Positions 39,776 through 48,897 are shown, numbered from the stretch's first letter. The stretch is 64,000 nucleotides of DNA from Alphaproteobacteria bacterium (GCA_019242275.1 JAFAVT010000077.1:9474-73473); one strand, 5' to 3'. Program-made: numbers and translations. The notes: generated from the letters alone by a model not told the origin.

Positions 39776-41353
39776 TCAGTTCTTCACCGGCACGAGCCGC
39801 ACCACCATACCGGCATCGCCGGCGGCAATGCCGCTGGAAGCCGGCGTCCCGGTGGGATTTTGCAGCAGAATATAAAGATAGCCATCCGGTCCCTGGATGA
39901 CGTCACGCACCCGGCCAATCTGGTCCAGCAGTGTTTCCTGGAACTGGATCTCGTCCTTCTTCACCGCCATGCGGATCAGCTTCTGCCCCACCATGCCGGT
40001 GATAAAGAGGTTGTTCTTCCATTTCGGATATCTGCTGCCGGAATAGAATGTAATGCCGCCCGGGCCGATGGAGGGATTGAAATAGGCCTTGGGCTTTTCC
40101 ATCCCCTCATGGGCGATTTCACTGATCGCCGGCTCGATCCCGTTGCTCATCACCCCCCAGCCGTAATTGTGACCCTTCTGGATGACATTGACCTCGTCGC
40201 CACCGGTGGGGCCATGCTCGGTTTCCCACAGATGGCCGTCCACCGGATTGAAGGCCAGGCCTTCCGGATTGCGATGACCATAGCTCCAGATGGTCTGGTC
40301 CGCGCCGGGCCTGCCGATAAAGGGGTTGCCGGGGGCGGGCTTGCCGGTATCGGTGACGCGATGGACCTTGCCCTGGGGCACCGAAAGATTCTGCGCATCA
40401 TAGAAGTAATGGCGGTCGCCCAGCGTCCAGTAAAAATTGTTCTGCTTGTCGAACAGGAAACGCAGGCCGTAATGGTCGGACGGCTGGGTGTAATGTTCCG
40501 GCGCGTCGCGGAAGATTTCCTGATTGTCCACCCACTGGCCGTCCCTGATATGGCCGCGCACGATCACCGTCATGGTGGGCGGTGCCGCCACCGGTGCGCG
40601 ATTGGAACCGGGCGCCGGCGTCACCCCGGGCTGCACATCGGTATAGGCAAAATAGACCCAGCCATTCTTGGCGTAGTTGGGATGCAGCGCGATATCCAGA
40701 TAGCCGCCATCCTGGCGCACAAACGGCACCGGCGTGCCTTTGATGGGATCGGAAAGCGTATTGGTGGCAAGATCAAGCACGCGGATGCGTCCCGCCCGCT
40801 CGGTCACCAGCGCCTTCTTGCCGCCGGGCAGAAAAGCCATGCCCCAGGGCACGTCAAGACCGGCGGCCAGCACTTCCAGCTTGAAGGTCTGGTCGGTGCT
40901 TTTGATCACCATGCCATTGGGATCCGGCATGGTGATGCGCTGGGCGTTCAGCCGTCCCGCAGTGATGCGAAGGTAATAAGAGATCTGATGTGCCAAGGCG
41001 TCGTTGATCTGCGGGAAGGCCGGCATGCCGGCCGCGGGCCAGCCTTTCTGGATGGCGGCGGCGATTTCGTCGTCGCTGCGATTGGCCAGATAGGCCGCGT
41101 TGAACAGGCTGCGGGCCTTGGGGCCATTGGCCAGGGTGGCGCCGTGGCAGCCGGCGCACTGCTCGCTATAGGTGGTTTGTGCCGTCGAAGGGGCGAAAGG
41201 TGGCAGGCGAATATTGGGATTGGGCGTCTGTGTCCCGCGCCCGCCTGCCGGGGCGCCCGCGCCGCCCCGTCCCCCGGCCGGGGGCGCGGGCTGGGCCAGG
41301 GCAATGCCGGCGGCTGCCGACAGCAAGGCGGCGACAAGGATGGTCTTTTTCAT
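39776..41353 (-). CDS. Cytochrome c domain fused to PQQ-dependent sugar (glucose/sorbosone) dehydrogenase beta-propeller
   Basis: Start set at MKKTILVAALLSAAAGIALAQ (ATG 41353). Haem site CAGCHG is followed by a GSDH-like region: LDVPWGMAFLPGGKKALVTERAGRIRV...HYGLRFLF...SYGHRNPEGLAFNP...EHGPTGGDEVN. Confidence 0.85.
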   Translation of the reverse strand: MKKTILVAALLSAAAGIALAQPAPPAGGRGGAGAPAGGRGTQTPNPNIRLPPFAPSTAQTTYSEQCAGCHGATLANGPKARSLFNAAYLANRSDDEIAAAIQKGWPAAGMPAFPQINDALAHQISYYLRITAGRLNAQRITMPDPNGMVIKSTDQTFKLEVLAAGLDVPWGMAFLPGGKKALVTERAGRIRVLDLATNTLSDPIKGTPVPFVRQDGGYLDIALHPNYAKNGWVYFAYTDVQPGVTPAPGSNRAPVAAPPTMTVIVRGHIRDGQWVDNQEIFRDAPEHYTQPSDHYGLRFLFDKQNNFYWTLGDRHYFYDAQNLSVPQGKVHRVTDTGKPAPGNPFIGRPGADQTIWSYGHRNPEGLAFNPVDGHLWETEHGPTGGDEVNVIQKGHNYGWGVMSNGIEPAISEIAHEGMEKPKAYFNPSIGPGGITFYSGSRYPKWKNNLFITGMVGQKLIRMAVKKDEIQFQETLLDQIGRVRDVIQGPDGYLYILLQNPTGTPASSGIAAGDAGMVVRLVPVKN

Positions 41354-41428
41354 AGGGTCCCCCCGGACAGTGTTTTGGGAACGATACGGATTTTCCGGAC
41401 CGGGGGGTAGGGGTAGAATGGTGCCACT

Positions 41429-42340
41429 ATGGAGATACCCATGCGCCGCACCCTGATTTTGCTCGTCCTGCCGTTGTTTCTGGCGGCTCCGCCGCTGCTC
41501 TTGGCGGCGGCGCCGCTGGCCCCGAAAGCCCAATGGGAAAAGGACATCGCCGACCAGAATGTTGCTTATTCCCAAAAACCCCATGCCATGCTGAAGATCC
41601 AAGATTCCGTCTATCTGGGTGAAGGGGAATCCGCGGTTCTGATCGGCGTGAAGGGCAAGCCCGCAAGCTGGAAGTGGGAGTCCAAGCCGGGCGCCAAAGG
41701 TCCGCTGCTGCTGGCGGTGAAGGGCGGCAAGCTCAATGTCAGCAAGGACGGCAAACCGGTTGATCCAAAGCTGGTGTCGCAAAGCGTGCCGGTGGATACC
41801 GACGTTGATGTTGCCGGCTTTTCCACCCAGGTCAGCGCCGGTGTCCTCGGCTACCGCGTTTTTGTTTATAACCAGAAGAATCCTGACGCCCTGACCTTCA
41901 AGGGCGTCTCCTATTTCCCCTATGACCCAGCCTTTCGCGTCACCGCCCGCTTCACGCCCGATGCGAAGCTGCCGCCGCGTGTGTTCAAGACTTCACGGGG
42001 TACTGACAAGCAGTTCTTCCATGCCGGCGATGCGGCATTCATGCTCAAGGGCAAACAGGTGACACTGCCTTTCTACACCGACAGCCATGATCCCAAGCAG
42101 GTAAAGGACATGTCGGCATTTTTCCGCGACGATCTCACCAACAACGGCGCTTATGGCGCCGGCCGTTATGTGGATATCGCCGATTTCGGCGCTTTCCCGC
42201 CCAAAACCATCGCCATAGATTTTAACGAGGCCTACAATCCCAATTGCGCCCGCTCAAGACACTACACCTGCCCCCTGGCGGTGGATGTGATTCCGCTGGC
42301 GATGAAGGCGGGCGAGAAGGACCCGCATTTCAAGCACTAA
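41429..42340 (+). CDS. DUF1684 domain-containing protein (secreted)
   Basis: It has a signal peptide. The C-terminal signature FFRDDLTNNGAYGAGRYVDI...IDFNEAYNPNCARSRHYTCPL...AGEKD matches the DUF1684 pattern. Confidence 0.8.
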   Translation: MEIPMRRTLILLVLPLFLAAPPLLLAAAPLAPKAQWEKDIADQNVAYSQKPHAMLKIQDSVYLGEGESAVLIGVKGKPASWKWESKPGAKGPLLLAVKGGKLNVSKDGKPVDPKLVSQSVPVDTDVDVAGFSTQVSAGVLGYRVFVYNQKNPDALTFKGVSYFPYDPAFRVTARFTPDAKLPPRVFKTSRGTDKQFFHAGDAAFMLKGKQVTLPFYTDSHDPKQVKDMSAFFRDDLTNNGAYGAGRYVDIADFGAFPPKTIAIDFNEAYNPNCARSRHYTCPLAVDVIPLAMKAGEKDPHFKH

Positions 42341-43213
42341 TCAGAGCAGCACGCCCTGGGCCTTGAGGCGCTGAGAGACCTGCGCCACGCTTTCCTTCAC
42401 CGCTTGGCGCTTCTGACCCATGAAAATCACGGCCTGTGAACCGGCGGCATACTGGCCGGGCGGGGCTGCGATGACGGCGCTGATGCTTTCGGCCTTGATG
42501 GCCACGGCGCGGCCATCGGGGCGGGTCAGATGCACGGCACTGACAAGGCCGGCATCGGCATCTTTCAGATAGGCCGTGATCTGCTTCAGATAATTGCGGG
42601 TCTCGGCCGGCAGAGCGCGCTTCTTGTGCAGATGATCTTCCCAGTTGCCGGGACCAAAATTGTAGGCGGCAAACATGCCGGGAAAGCCGTAACGGTCCTT
42701 CAGCCAGGAAAGATAGGCGGCGGCGGCAAAGACATTGTCGCGGGGATTGAAGGGATCGGCGCCCAGATCATGACGCTCGGCCATCTGGCTGTAGGTATCG
42801 GGCATCAACTGCATGACGCCCTGGGCGCCCGCATGGGAGACGATGGGCTTGTCGCCGGCCTGCACCGTGCGTCCGCCGGTCTCGTTGCGCATCACCGCGC
42901 GCAGCCAAAGGGCCGGAACATGGAACTTCGCGGCGGCTTCCCGCACCACCGGATTCCAGCGATCCAGCAAGCTGCGCGGACCCATGGCGCTTTCGGCAGT
43001 GTGGATGGGACTGGGCGCCGGGGCCTGCACCTCTACCTGCGCCGGGACGGCAGCCCGTTCGGCAAAATAATTCGACAGCCGCATGGAAACCGACGGCTGA
43101 TGCAGTCGTTGCTGCTCTGTCGCCGTCATCGCCAGCATGCCCATGCAGGCAGCGGCCAAAAACAGTCCGGTACGTCCCAAAGCGCGGGGCGCGGCAGAAG
43201 TCTTCGAAGACAA
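42341..43213 (-). CDS. Lytic transglycosylase (SLT domain)
   Basis: 290 aa with an N-terminal TM/signal. SLT motifs are AVMRNETGGR (catalytic E), GVMQLMPDTY and AAYNFGPGN. Confidence 0.88.
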   Translation of the reverse strand: MSSKTSAAPRALGRTGLFLAAACMGMLAMTATEQQRLHQPSVSMRLSNYFAERAAVPAQVEVQAPAPSPIHTAESAMGPRSLLDRWNPVVREAAAKFHVPALWLRAVMRNETGGRTVQAGDKPIVSHAGAQGVMQLMPDTYSQMAERHDLGADPFNPRDNVFAAAAYLSWLKDRYGFPGMFAAYNFGPGNWEDHLHKKRALPAETRNYLKQITAYLKDADAGLVSAVHLTRPDGRAVAIKAESISAVIAAPPGQYAAGSQAVIFMGQKRQAVKESVAQVSQRLKAQGVLL

Positions 43214-43360
43214 TTCACTCTCTCCAGCACAAACAGGTTCAGCCCCTTCGCCTTGCGCGAAGAGTCATCCGTCATTTCCCCTGCAGCACATCGGGACCGT
43301 CCGCGCGCAAGAATGGCGTGGCGCTCAAAATCCCTAAGGCGATTGCTCGCCCCTTCATCG

Positions 43361-43389
43361 CGGTCCGTTGTCCGGACCGTCGTTTTTTC
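43361..43389 (+). terminator. Orphan plus-strand rho-independent-terminator-like element (CGGTCCG-ttgtc-CGGACCG + TCGTTTTTTC)
   Basis: Read directly. No plus-strand gene ends here, because both flanking genes are on the minus strand. Confidence 0.45.
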
Positions 43390-43495
43390 AGATAAGAAAT
43401 CGTTCCGGTTCCGTCAAACAAAAATGTGCCGGAACCCTGTGGAACCTGAATATTTTGCAGGTTGCAGCAACAAGCTTGCGCAGTTCATGCGATGT

Positions 43496-43888
43496 TCAGA
43501 AGGAACCGCAAGCCGGCAAGGTAACAAGGCCGACAGATTGCTGGTGAAAGCGGCGCTGATAGGCAGCGCGAATCTCGCTGATCTTGTTTCGCAGCGCGCG
43601 TGTGTCGCGCTGGTCCACTTCCAGTACCTTGCTGGGCTCACGGCCGACCACCTTGCTGCCGCGCTCGCGCCACTGGCCCATCGCCTCATAAACGGTAAAC
43701 CCATCAGGGAACAGCGGTGTCACGGTGGTGGCAACGAAATCATCCCAGGCGGACGTCGCAATCTGCTTGCCGTTTTCCATCAGGCCAAAATAAAGCCGCA
43801 CATGCAGCATCGGTGTTTCACCTGCCGGGCAGGCGGCCGAGGCCGGCGCGCACACCAAGGCCAAAAATAGAAGCACCGCTTTCGTCAT
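43496..43888 (-). CDS. DUF3574 domain-containing secreted protein
   Basis: Start MTKAVLLFLALVCAPASAA (signal peptide); the ATG overlaps the upstream stop (ATGA). Sequence LYFGLMENGKQIATSAWDDFVATTVTPLFPDGFTVYEAMGQWRE fits my memory of DUF3574. Confidence 0.65.
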   Translation of the reverse strand: MTKAVLLFLALVCAPASAACPAGETPMLHVRLYFGLMENGKQIATSAWDDFVATTVTPLFPDGFTVYEAMGQWRERGSKVVGREPSKVLEVDQRDTRALRNKISEIRAAYQRRFHQQSVGLVTLPACGSF

Positions 43889-45003
43889 GCCATGCCCTTG
43901 CCGCTCAGCGCCGCCCCCCAAGTGAGCAGTGCCGGTACGGCTTTGACAAGCGTCGTGGCCGGCCGGCGGGCCCCCAGCGCAGCCCTGGCGAACAGCGAAG
44001 CGGCCACAAGGCGTGGACCGAAGGCGCGCAACCAGCCCGCTTCATAGGCGGCAGCGGCGCCCGGTCCCTGCGCCAGCAGCAGGCGGCCCAACAGATGCGC
44101 GCCCTGGATCGCCATGCTGATGCCTTCGGCGATGACGGGATGGGCCTCGCCCGCCAGGTTGCCGGTGAAAAAGATCCCGCCGGCAAAACGGGGGCGGATG
44201 CCGGGGCGGATCGGGCCGGCCGCCAGCACATTTTCCTGCAACACCGCGCCGTCCAGCGCCGCCGCCACGCCGTGCGTGCTGTCCTTGATGTGACGCAGCA
44301 CGGCATCACCGGCCCGTTCGCCCGGCCGCCGCGCCGCGGCCAACGCGTCACGCCGGATGCAGCAGGACAGCGACAGTCGGCCGCCATCGCTTTGCACCAG
44401 CCCGCCATAGCCGCCGGCAAACGCCAGCAACGGCATCAGGCCGGGTGCCGGCGCGCCGCCGCAAAAATGCGCCTTGAAGGCCAGCAGATCGGAGGGACAT
44501 TCCGGTCGCAAAACCGCCAGCGGCGGCTTGGTGCGCCACGAGCCGGCGGCGGCAATGATGATAGGCGCGGCAATTGTGTTTTCGCCGTCACCGATTTTGA
44601 GACGGCAATGATAATCGGCGCCGCGCCTTTGCAGAGTGACCAGCTCCGCCGGCTGAAACAGGTGTGCCCCCGCCGCCATCGCCGCATCGCGCAGCATGGT
44701 GTCGAGATGCTCGCGCCCCAGCGCCTGACCCCAATCTTTTTCCTGTGGCGCGATCACAATCGTGTCGCCGCTGAACAGGCCGATGCGCCGCACCACCGGC
44801 CCCGCCTGGGCACGAAAGGCAGCGCCCACGCCGCAAAGATCCAGCACCGCATGGCTAGGGGCAGAAAGAAATTCGCCGCAGACTTTGCGACGGGGAAAAG
44901 TGTCTTTCTCCACCAGCGCCACCTGCCGGCCGCCTGCCGCCAGCAGCTGTGCCGCCGTGGCACCGGCCGGCCCGGCGCCGATGACGATGGCGTCAAATTC
45001 CAT
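43885..45003 (-). CDS. FAD-dependent oxidoreductase/monooxygenase (geranylgeranyl-reductase-like)
   Basis: Start MEFDAIVIGAGPAGATAAQLLAAGGRQVALVEKD, a GxGxxG dinucleotide fold, with a later GDAAG-like region (FFTGNLAGEAHP). Confidence 0.85.
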   Translation of the reverse strand: MEFDAIVIGAGPAGATAAQLLAAGGRQVALVEKDTFPRRKVCGEFLSAPSHAVLDLCGVGAAFRAQAGPVVRRIGLFSGDTIVIAPQEKDWGQALGREHLDTMLRDAAMAAGAHLFQPAELVTLQRRGADYHCRLKIGDGENTIAAPIIIAAAGSWRTKPPLAVLRPECPSDLLAFKAHFCGGAPAPGLMPLLAFAGGYGGLVQSDGGRLSLSCCIRRDALAAARRPGERAGDAVLRHIKDSTHGVAAALDGAVLQENVLAAGPIRPGIRPRFAGGIFFTGNLAGEAHPVIAEGISMAIQGAHLLGRLLLAQGPGAAAAYEAGWLRAFGPRLVAASLFARAALGARRPATTLVKAVPALLTWGAALSGKGMA

Positions 45004-45664
45004 AACGTCGGGCCACGAACAAATGGCTGAAGGGCAGGGCGCGGCCTTCAAGACACGTCCAGCCCGGCGGCCACAACGCAGTTAATTCTTGTGCGGCAAA
45101 GCCGGCCCGCACACTGGCGATAGCGTCGTGCCGCGTCACCTCATTGGCGCCCAGCAGCACCACCAGATGGGAGGCCAGCAGCGCCAAGGCCCCGCGCCGC
45201 GGCTCGCAGGCCACCAGCCCTATCGCCTTCTCCGCCAGCAGGGCGAATAGCCGCTTCAGCGCCGCGTCATCGAGATGATGCAGAAAAAGATTGGCGCTCA
45301 CCAGCGTGCCCCATTCCATTGTTGCCGCGGCGTCGAAGACATCGCCCTGCCGCACAACGCAATCCCAGCCCAGCGCGGCAAAGCCGGTCCGGGTTTTTGC
45401 GGAGACAATATCCTGGCGGTCGGCGATCACGGCCCTGACGCCCCGCCAGGAAAGCCGCCGCGCCGCCGCCAGCAGGCAGCGTCCGTCGCCGCCGCCCAGA
45501 TCCAGCAGCACGTGCGGCTGCGCAAATGTGCGCAGGGCACCGGCGAGAATAGCGGACTGGCGCATCACCGCATTGATCCGCGCCAGATCGCGGCGCGAAG
45601 CGACGGCCGCGGGATCGTCCGCCGGCAAGACGTCCAGCATTTCCGTTTCCAGGCGCCGCTTCAT
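44993..45664 (-). CDS. Class I SAM-dependent methyltransferase
   Basis: Start MKRRLETEMLDVLPADD; the ATG overlaps the PKS stop (ATGA at 45661-45664). SAM motif VLLDLGGGDG is present. About 223 aa. Confidence 0.8.
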   Translation of the reverse strand: MKRRLETEMLDVLPADDPAAVASRRDLARINAVMRQSAILAGALRTFAQPHVLLDLGGGDGRCLLAAARRLSWRGVRAVIADRQDIVSAKTRTGFAALGWDCVVRQGDVFDAAATMEWGTLVSANLFLHHLDDAALKRLFALLAEKAIGLVACEPRRGALALLASHLVVLLGANEVTRHDAIASVRAGFAAQELTALWPPGWTCLEGRALPFSHLFVARRYGI

Positions 45665-46728
45665 GCCGCCATGCGAAACTGCATGGTCTCCGCCACCAAG
45701 CCGGGACCGAAGGCCATGGCGCAGCCGGGGGCGCCGGCGCTCGCCTGGGCGATCAGCCGCTCCAGCACGAACATCACCGTGCCCGAAGACATGTTGCCAT
45801 AATCGTGCAGTACGCCCCGCGAGGCGGTGAGCTTGTCGGGCGCCAGCGCAAAGGCTTCCTCCACCGCATCCAGCACGGTGCGCCCACCTGGATGCACCGC
45901 CCACAGCGCAATGTCATCCACCGTGCGGCCGCGCAGTATTTCATCGCGGGCACCGGCCAACGCCCCGCGAATGGCGCCGGGCACCGCACCCGACAACAGC
46001 ATGTCAAAGCCCTGTTCGCGAATATGCCAGCGGATCAGGTCCGCGGTTTGCGGCACCAGGGCGGCATGAAAGCTTTCCAGCCGCGCGCCCCGCGGCTGGG
46101 CGCTGATCAGGGCGGCGGCGCAACCGTCGCCGAACAGGAGGAACGACAGCATCTCATCCAGCCGGTCGGTCTGCTGCAAATGCAGGGTGCAAAGTTCCAG
46201 ATTGACGGTGAGTACCCGCGCCGTCGGTTCTGAGCGCACGATGTGCCGTGCCAGCTTCAGCGCATTGATAGCGGCATAGCAGCCCATGAAGCCAACGAAA
46301 GTGCGTTCAACTTTGGGGCGCAGGCCGCAGCTTGCGATCAGCTCCAGATCAATTCCCGGCGCAGAAAGACCGGTGCAACTGGTGACAATCAGATGGGTGA
46401 TCGTGCCACGTTCCTCCTCGGCCAGCAGACGCCGGACGGCCTCTGCCGCCAAACTGGGGGCAAGGGTTTCAAACAGCCGCATGCGCGCCGCGGTATTGGG
46501 AAACTGCCCGAAGCGGTAAAAGCCTTCGCCATCCACCGCGCCGGCATCGCCGGTTGGCGACAGAAAAGAGTAGCGGTGGGCGATTTCGGCCCGCTTCACC
46601 AGGCGATCGAACAGCACCAGCCGCCGGTTGTCGCCGCCCAGCACGCGCCGGCCGAAGCTGAGAAAGGCGTCATGCACGTCATGCGGCGGCACGGCGGTGG
46701 CGATGCGGTTGAGATAGGCGTCCGGCAT
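45661..46728 (-). CDS. Type III polyketide synthase (chalcone/stilbene synthase family)
   Basis: 355 aa. Catalytic Cys context IVTSCTGLSAPG, His context WAVHPGGRTVLD, Asn context YGNMSSGTVMFVL, and C-terminal AFGPGL. Confidence 0.92.
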   Translation of the reverse strand: MPDAYLNRIATAVPPHDVHDAFLSFGRRVLGGDNRRLVLFDRLVKRAEIAHRYSFLSPTGDAGAVDGEGFYRFGQFPNTAARMRLFETLAPSLAAEAVRRLLAEEERGTITHLIVTSCTGLSAPGIDLELIASCGLRPKVERTFVGFMGCYAAINALKLARHIVRSEPTARVLTVNLELCTLHLQQTDRLDEMLSFLLFGDGCAAALISAQPRGARLESFHAALVPQTADLIRWHIREQGFDMLLSGAVPGAIRGALAGARDEILRGRTVDDIALWAVHPGGRTVLDAVEEAFALAPDKLTASRGVLHDYGNMSSGTVMFVLERLIAQASAGAPGCAMAFGPGLVAETMQFRMAA

Positions 46729-46880
46729 GGGCGGTTTCCGGGTGAGGGCCCGACCCTAACCGCACACAGCCCCTGCCGATAGGGCACGCCGGCGACCAAG
46801 CCGCCGCTTCTGAGCTTTACAAAAGCTATTCCTCGCGAGTCGCGCCCAGGAATTGGACAAAACGCCCTCGTCTTCCTTGG

Positions 46881-46910
46881 TACGAAGCGGTACGACGCGG
46901 TACGACGCGG
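46881..46910. repeat. Three tandem 10-bp repeats (tacgaagcgg tacgacgcgg tacgacgcgg)
   Basis: Read directly. It lies in the 362-bp divergent intergenic region between the type III PKS operon and the MORN-repeat gene. Confidence 0.85.
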
Positions 46911-47090
46911 CGCGTGAGCGTCGTTCTTCTCGCGCCTTTTCGCCACGCATTCATCTAGATGAACAGCAGGGCGCACGAGTTTGGCAAGGAGTCGTTTGCT
47001 CTTTCCCGGTTTCCGACTCGCGCCCGGCAAGCAAAAGCGCATGCTTTGGTGACGGCGCAGCATGGGGCTGGGCCCAATGTGCAAGCGGGA

Positions 47091-48788
47091 ATGACGATGC
47101 CGGGAAGTCTGCGGGCCGGGCTGGCCGTGACTGTGCTGATGAGTGCTTTTTCTTCCGTTCACGCCGCCGATGCGCCGGCCTCCGGCGCCTGGCTGACCGA
47201 TCCGGCAAATCATTGCGCCGTCTTCGCCACGGGCGCAGGCGAACGCGTCGCCTGGACCGGCCCCTGTGAAGAGGGCCTTGCCACCGGCCTTGGCACCGCC
47301 ACCTTCTTCCAGAGCGAAAAAGAAGTGGAAAGCTTCACCGCCGATTTTGACCGCGGCATGATCGCCGACGGTCATGTCATCAGCCGCTGGGGCAATGGCT
47401 GGAGCTATGACGGCGACACCGTCCATGGCCGTTTCAATGGCGGCGGCGTTCTGATCAATGACAAGCAGGACCGCTATCTCGGCCTGTGGGCCGACGGCAA
47501 GATGAACGGCTTCGGCCTGCTCGATCGCGCCGATGGCAGCCGCTATGCCGGCGAATGGAAGAATGATCTGCCCAACGGCGAAGGTGAGTTGCGCCGCGCC
47601 GACGGCAGTGTGGTGGAAGGCATGTTCCTGGACGGCAAGCTGGTGACGGCCCATGTCGCGGCCACACCCGACCCGGCGCTCAAGCCTGCGGCGCTCTCGC
47701 AAAGCCAGAAACCGGCCGCCGTGGCGGCGGCGCCGTTCGCGGCTCTGCAAGGGGTGACGCTGAAAGGCGTTGACGGCTCGGCCATCGCGCTTAATCCCAT
47801 CGAAGGCGGCATCGAGATGGCGCTGACGGCCGCCGGCGGCATGCCGCAAAAAACCACCTTTACGTTCATGACCGACCGGCTGGGCACCGTGGTGGAGGAT
47901 GGCGGCCATGGCGCCAATGTCACCGGCTTTTTCCGTCTCACCGAGACTGGCGTGGAGCTGCATTATGCTGACGGAAGGGCGGAAACTCTTTCGGCCACAC
48001 AGGAAGGCGGCGTCGCCATGGTACTGACCCGCAGCGATGCCCGTGCCACCTGCCGCAGTTGGTATCCGGCGGGTCACATCTTCAGCGACAGCGAAAAGAA
48101 AGCGGCACTGGCTGACTATGCCGCACGGCTGGGCCTTGCCGCTGCCGCCGCGTCCGACAGCGCGCCCTGCAACATGCCCATCGCGGCGCCGGCCAAACTG
48201 GCGCCGGAAACCGTGACGGTGGTGCCGCGCCCCGCCGTTGCCGACAAGCGACCAGCTTCCAGGCCGCGCGCCGTCAAAACTGCTTTCACGCCCGCCAGAC
48301 CCATGGCCCCGTCAAGGCCCGCCAACCGCACCGGCCTGACACCGGTGATGGTGAAAGACAGCCAGGTTCACACCATTGACGACATGGTGCCGGCGCCGGC
48401 CGCCGGCGCCACCCTGCCGAGCAGCGACAGTCACGCTGAAGCAAAGCCTGACGGCAGCGATCCATCGCGCTGCCTGAAGGTGGACAGCGACGGGCTGAAC
48501 TGGGGCTTCCGCAATGCCTGCGGCTTTGCCGTGCAGTTCGCTTATTGCGTGCCCGCCGATAGCGGCTTGGCCGCCTGCGGCAAGGGCGGCGCGCCCGGCA
48601 GCGTCGCCGCCCATGGCTTTGGCGCCCTGATGGCCGACAAGAGCCTGTCGGAAAACGGTGTGGATCACAGCTTCCGCTGGATCGCCTGCGCCGGCGGCGC
48701 CGGCGAAGTGGTCGCTCATCTGGATCGTGCCGATCCGCCCAGCGGTCGTTGTGACCGCGCCGCCCCTGAAATCGCTGCCGCACGCTAG
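47091..48788 (+). CDS. Secreted MORN-repeat protein with Cys-containing C-terminal domain
   Basis: Start MTMPGSLRAGLAVTVLMSAFSSVHAADA (signal peptide). MORN-like units are YDGDTVHGRFNGGGVL, YLGLWADGKMNGFGLL and YAGEWKNDLPNGEGEL. The C-terminus is CLKVDSDGLNWGFRNACGFAVQFAYCVP...ACG...WIACAG. Confidence 0.75.
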   Translation: MTMPGSLRAGLAVTVLMSAFSSVHAADAPASGAWLTDPANHCAVFATGAGERVAWTGPCEEGLATGLGTATFFQSEKEVESFTADFDRGMIADGHVISRWGNGWSYDGDTVHGRFNGGGVLINDKQDRYLGLWADGKMNGFGLLDRADGSRYAGEWKNDLPNGEGELRRADGSVVEGMFLDGKLVTAHVAATPDPALKPAALSQSQKPAAVAAAPFAALQGVTLKGVDGSAIALNPIEGGIEMALTAAGGMPQKTTFTFMTDRLGTVVEDGGHGANVTGFFRLTETGVELHYADGRAETLSATQEGGVAMVLTRSDARATCRSWYPAGHIFSDSEKKAALADYAARLGLAAAAASDSAPCNMPIAAPAKLAPETVTVVPRPAVADKRPASRPRAVKTAFTPARPMAPSRPANRTGLTPVMVKDSQVHTIDDMVPAPAAGATLPSSDSHAEAKPDGSDPSRCLKVDSDGLNWGFRNACGFAVQFAYCVPADSGLAACGKGGAPGSVAAHGFGALMADKSLSENGVDHSFRWIACAGGAGEVVAHLDRADPPSGRCDRAAPEIAAAR

Positions 48789-48797
48789 AGGAGATCA

Positions 48798-48848
48798 GGG
48801 TGAGGAAAGTAAAGAATTTCCTCATGCTGAGCCTGTCGAAGTATGAGG
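48798..48848 (-). repeat. Dispersed palindromic repeat family A, reverse orientation, left arm truncated
   Basis: Sequence gggtgagga-aagtaaagaattt-cctcatgctgagcctgtcgaagtatgagg. It matches the reverse complement of the 9413-9484 copy. Confidence 0.8.
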
Positions 48849-48897
48849 TGGCGAGTAAAGCCGACCGAAAAATTCTCAATGCCAGAAGGAAACCGCC

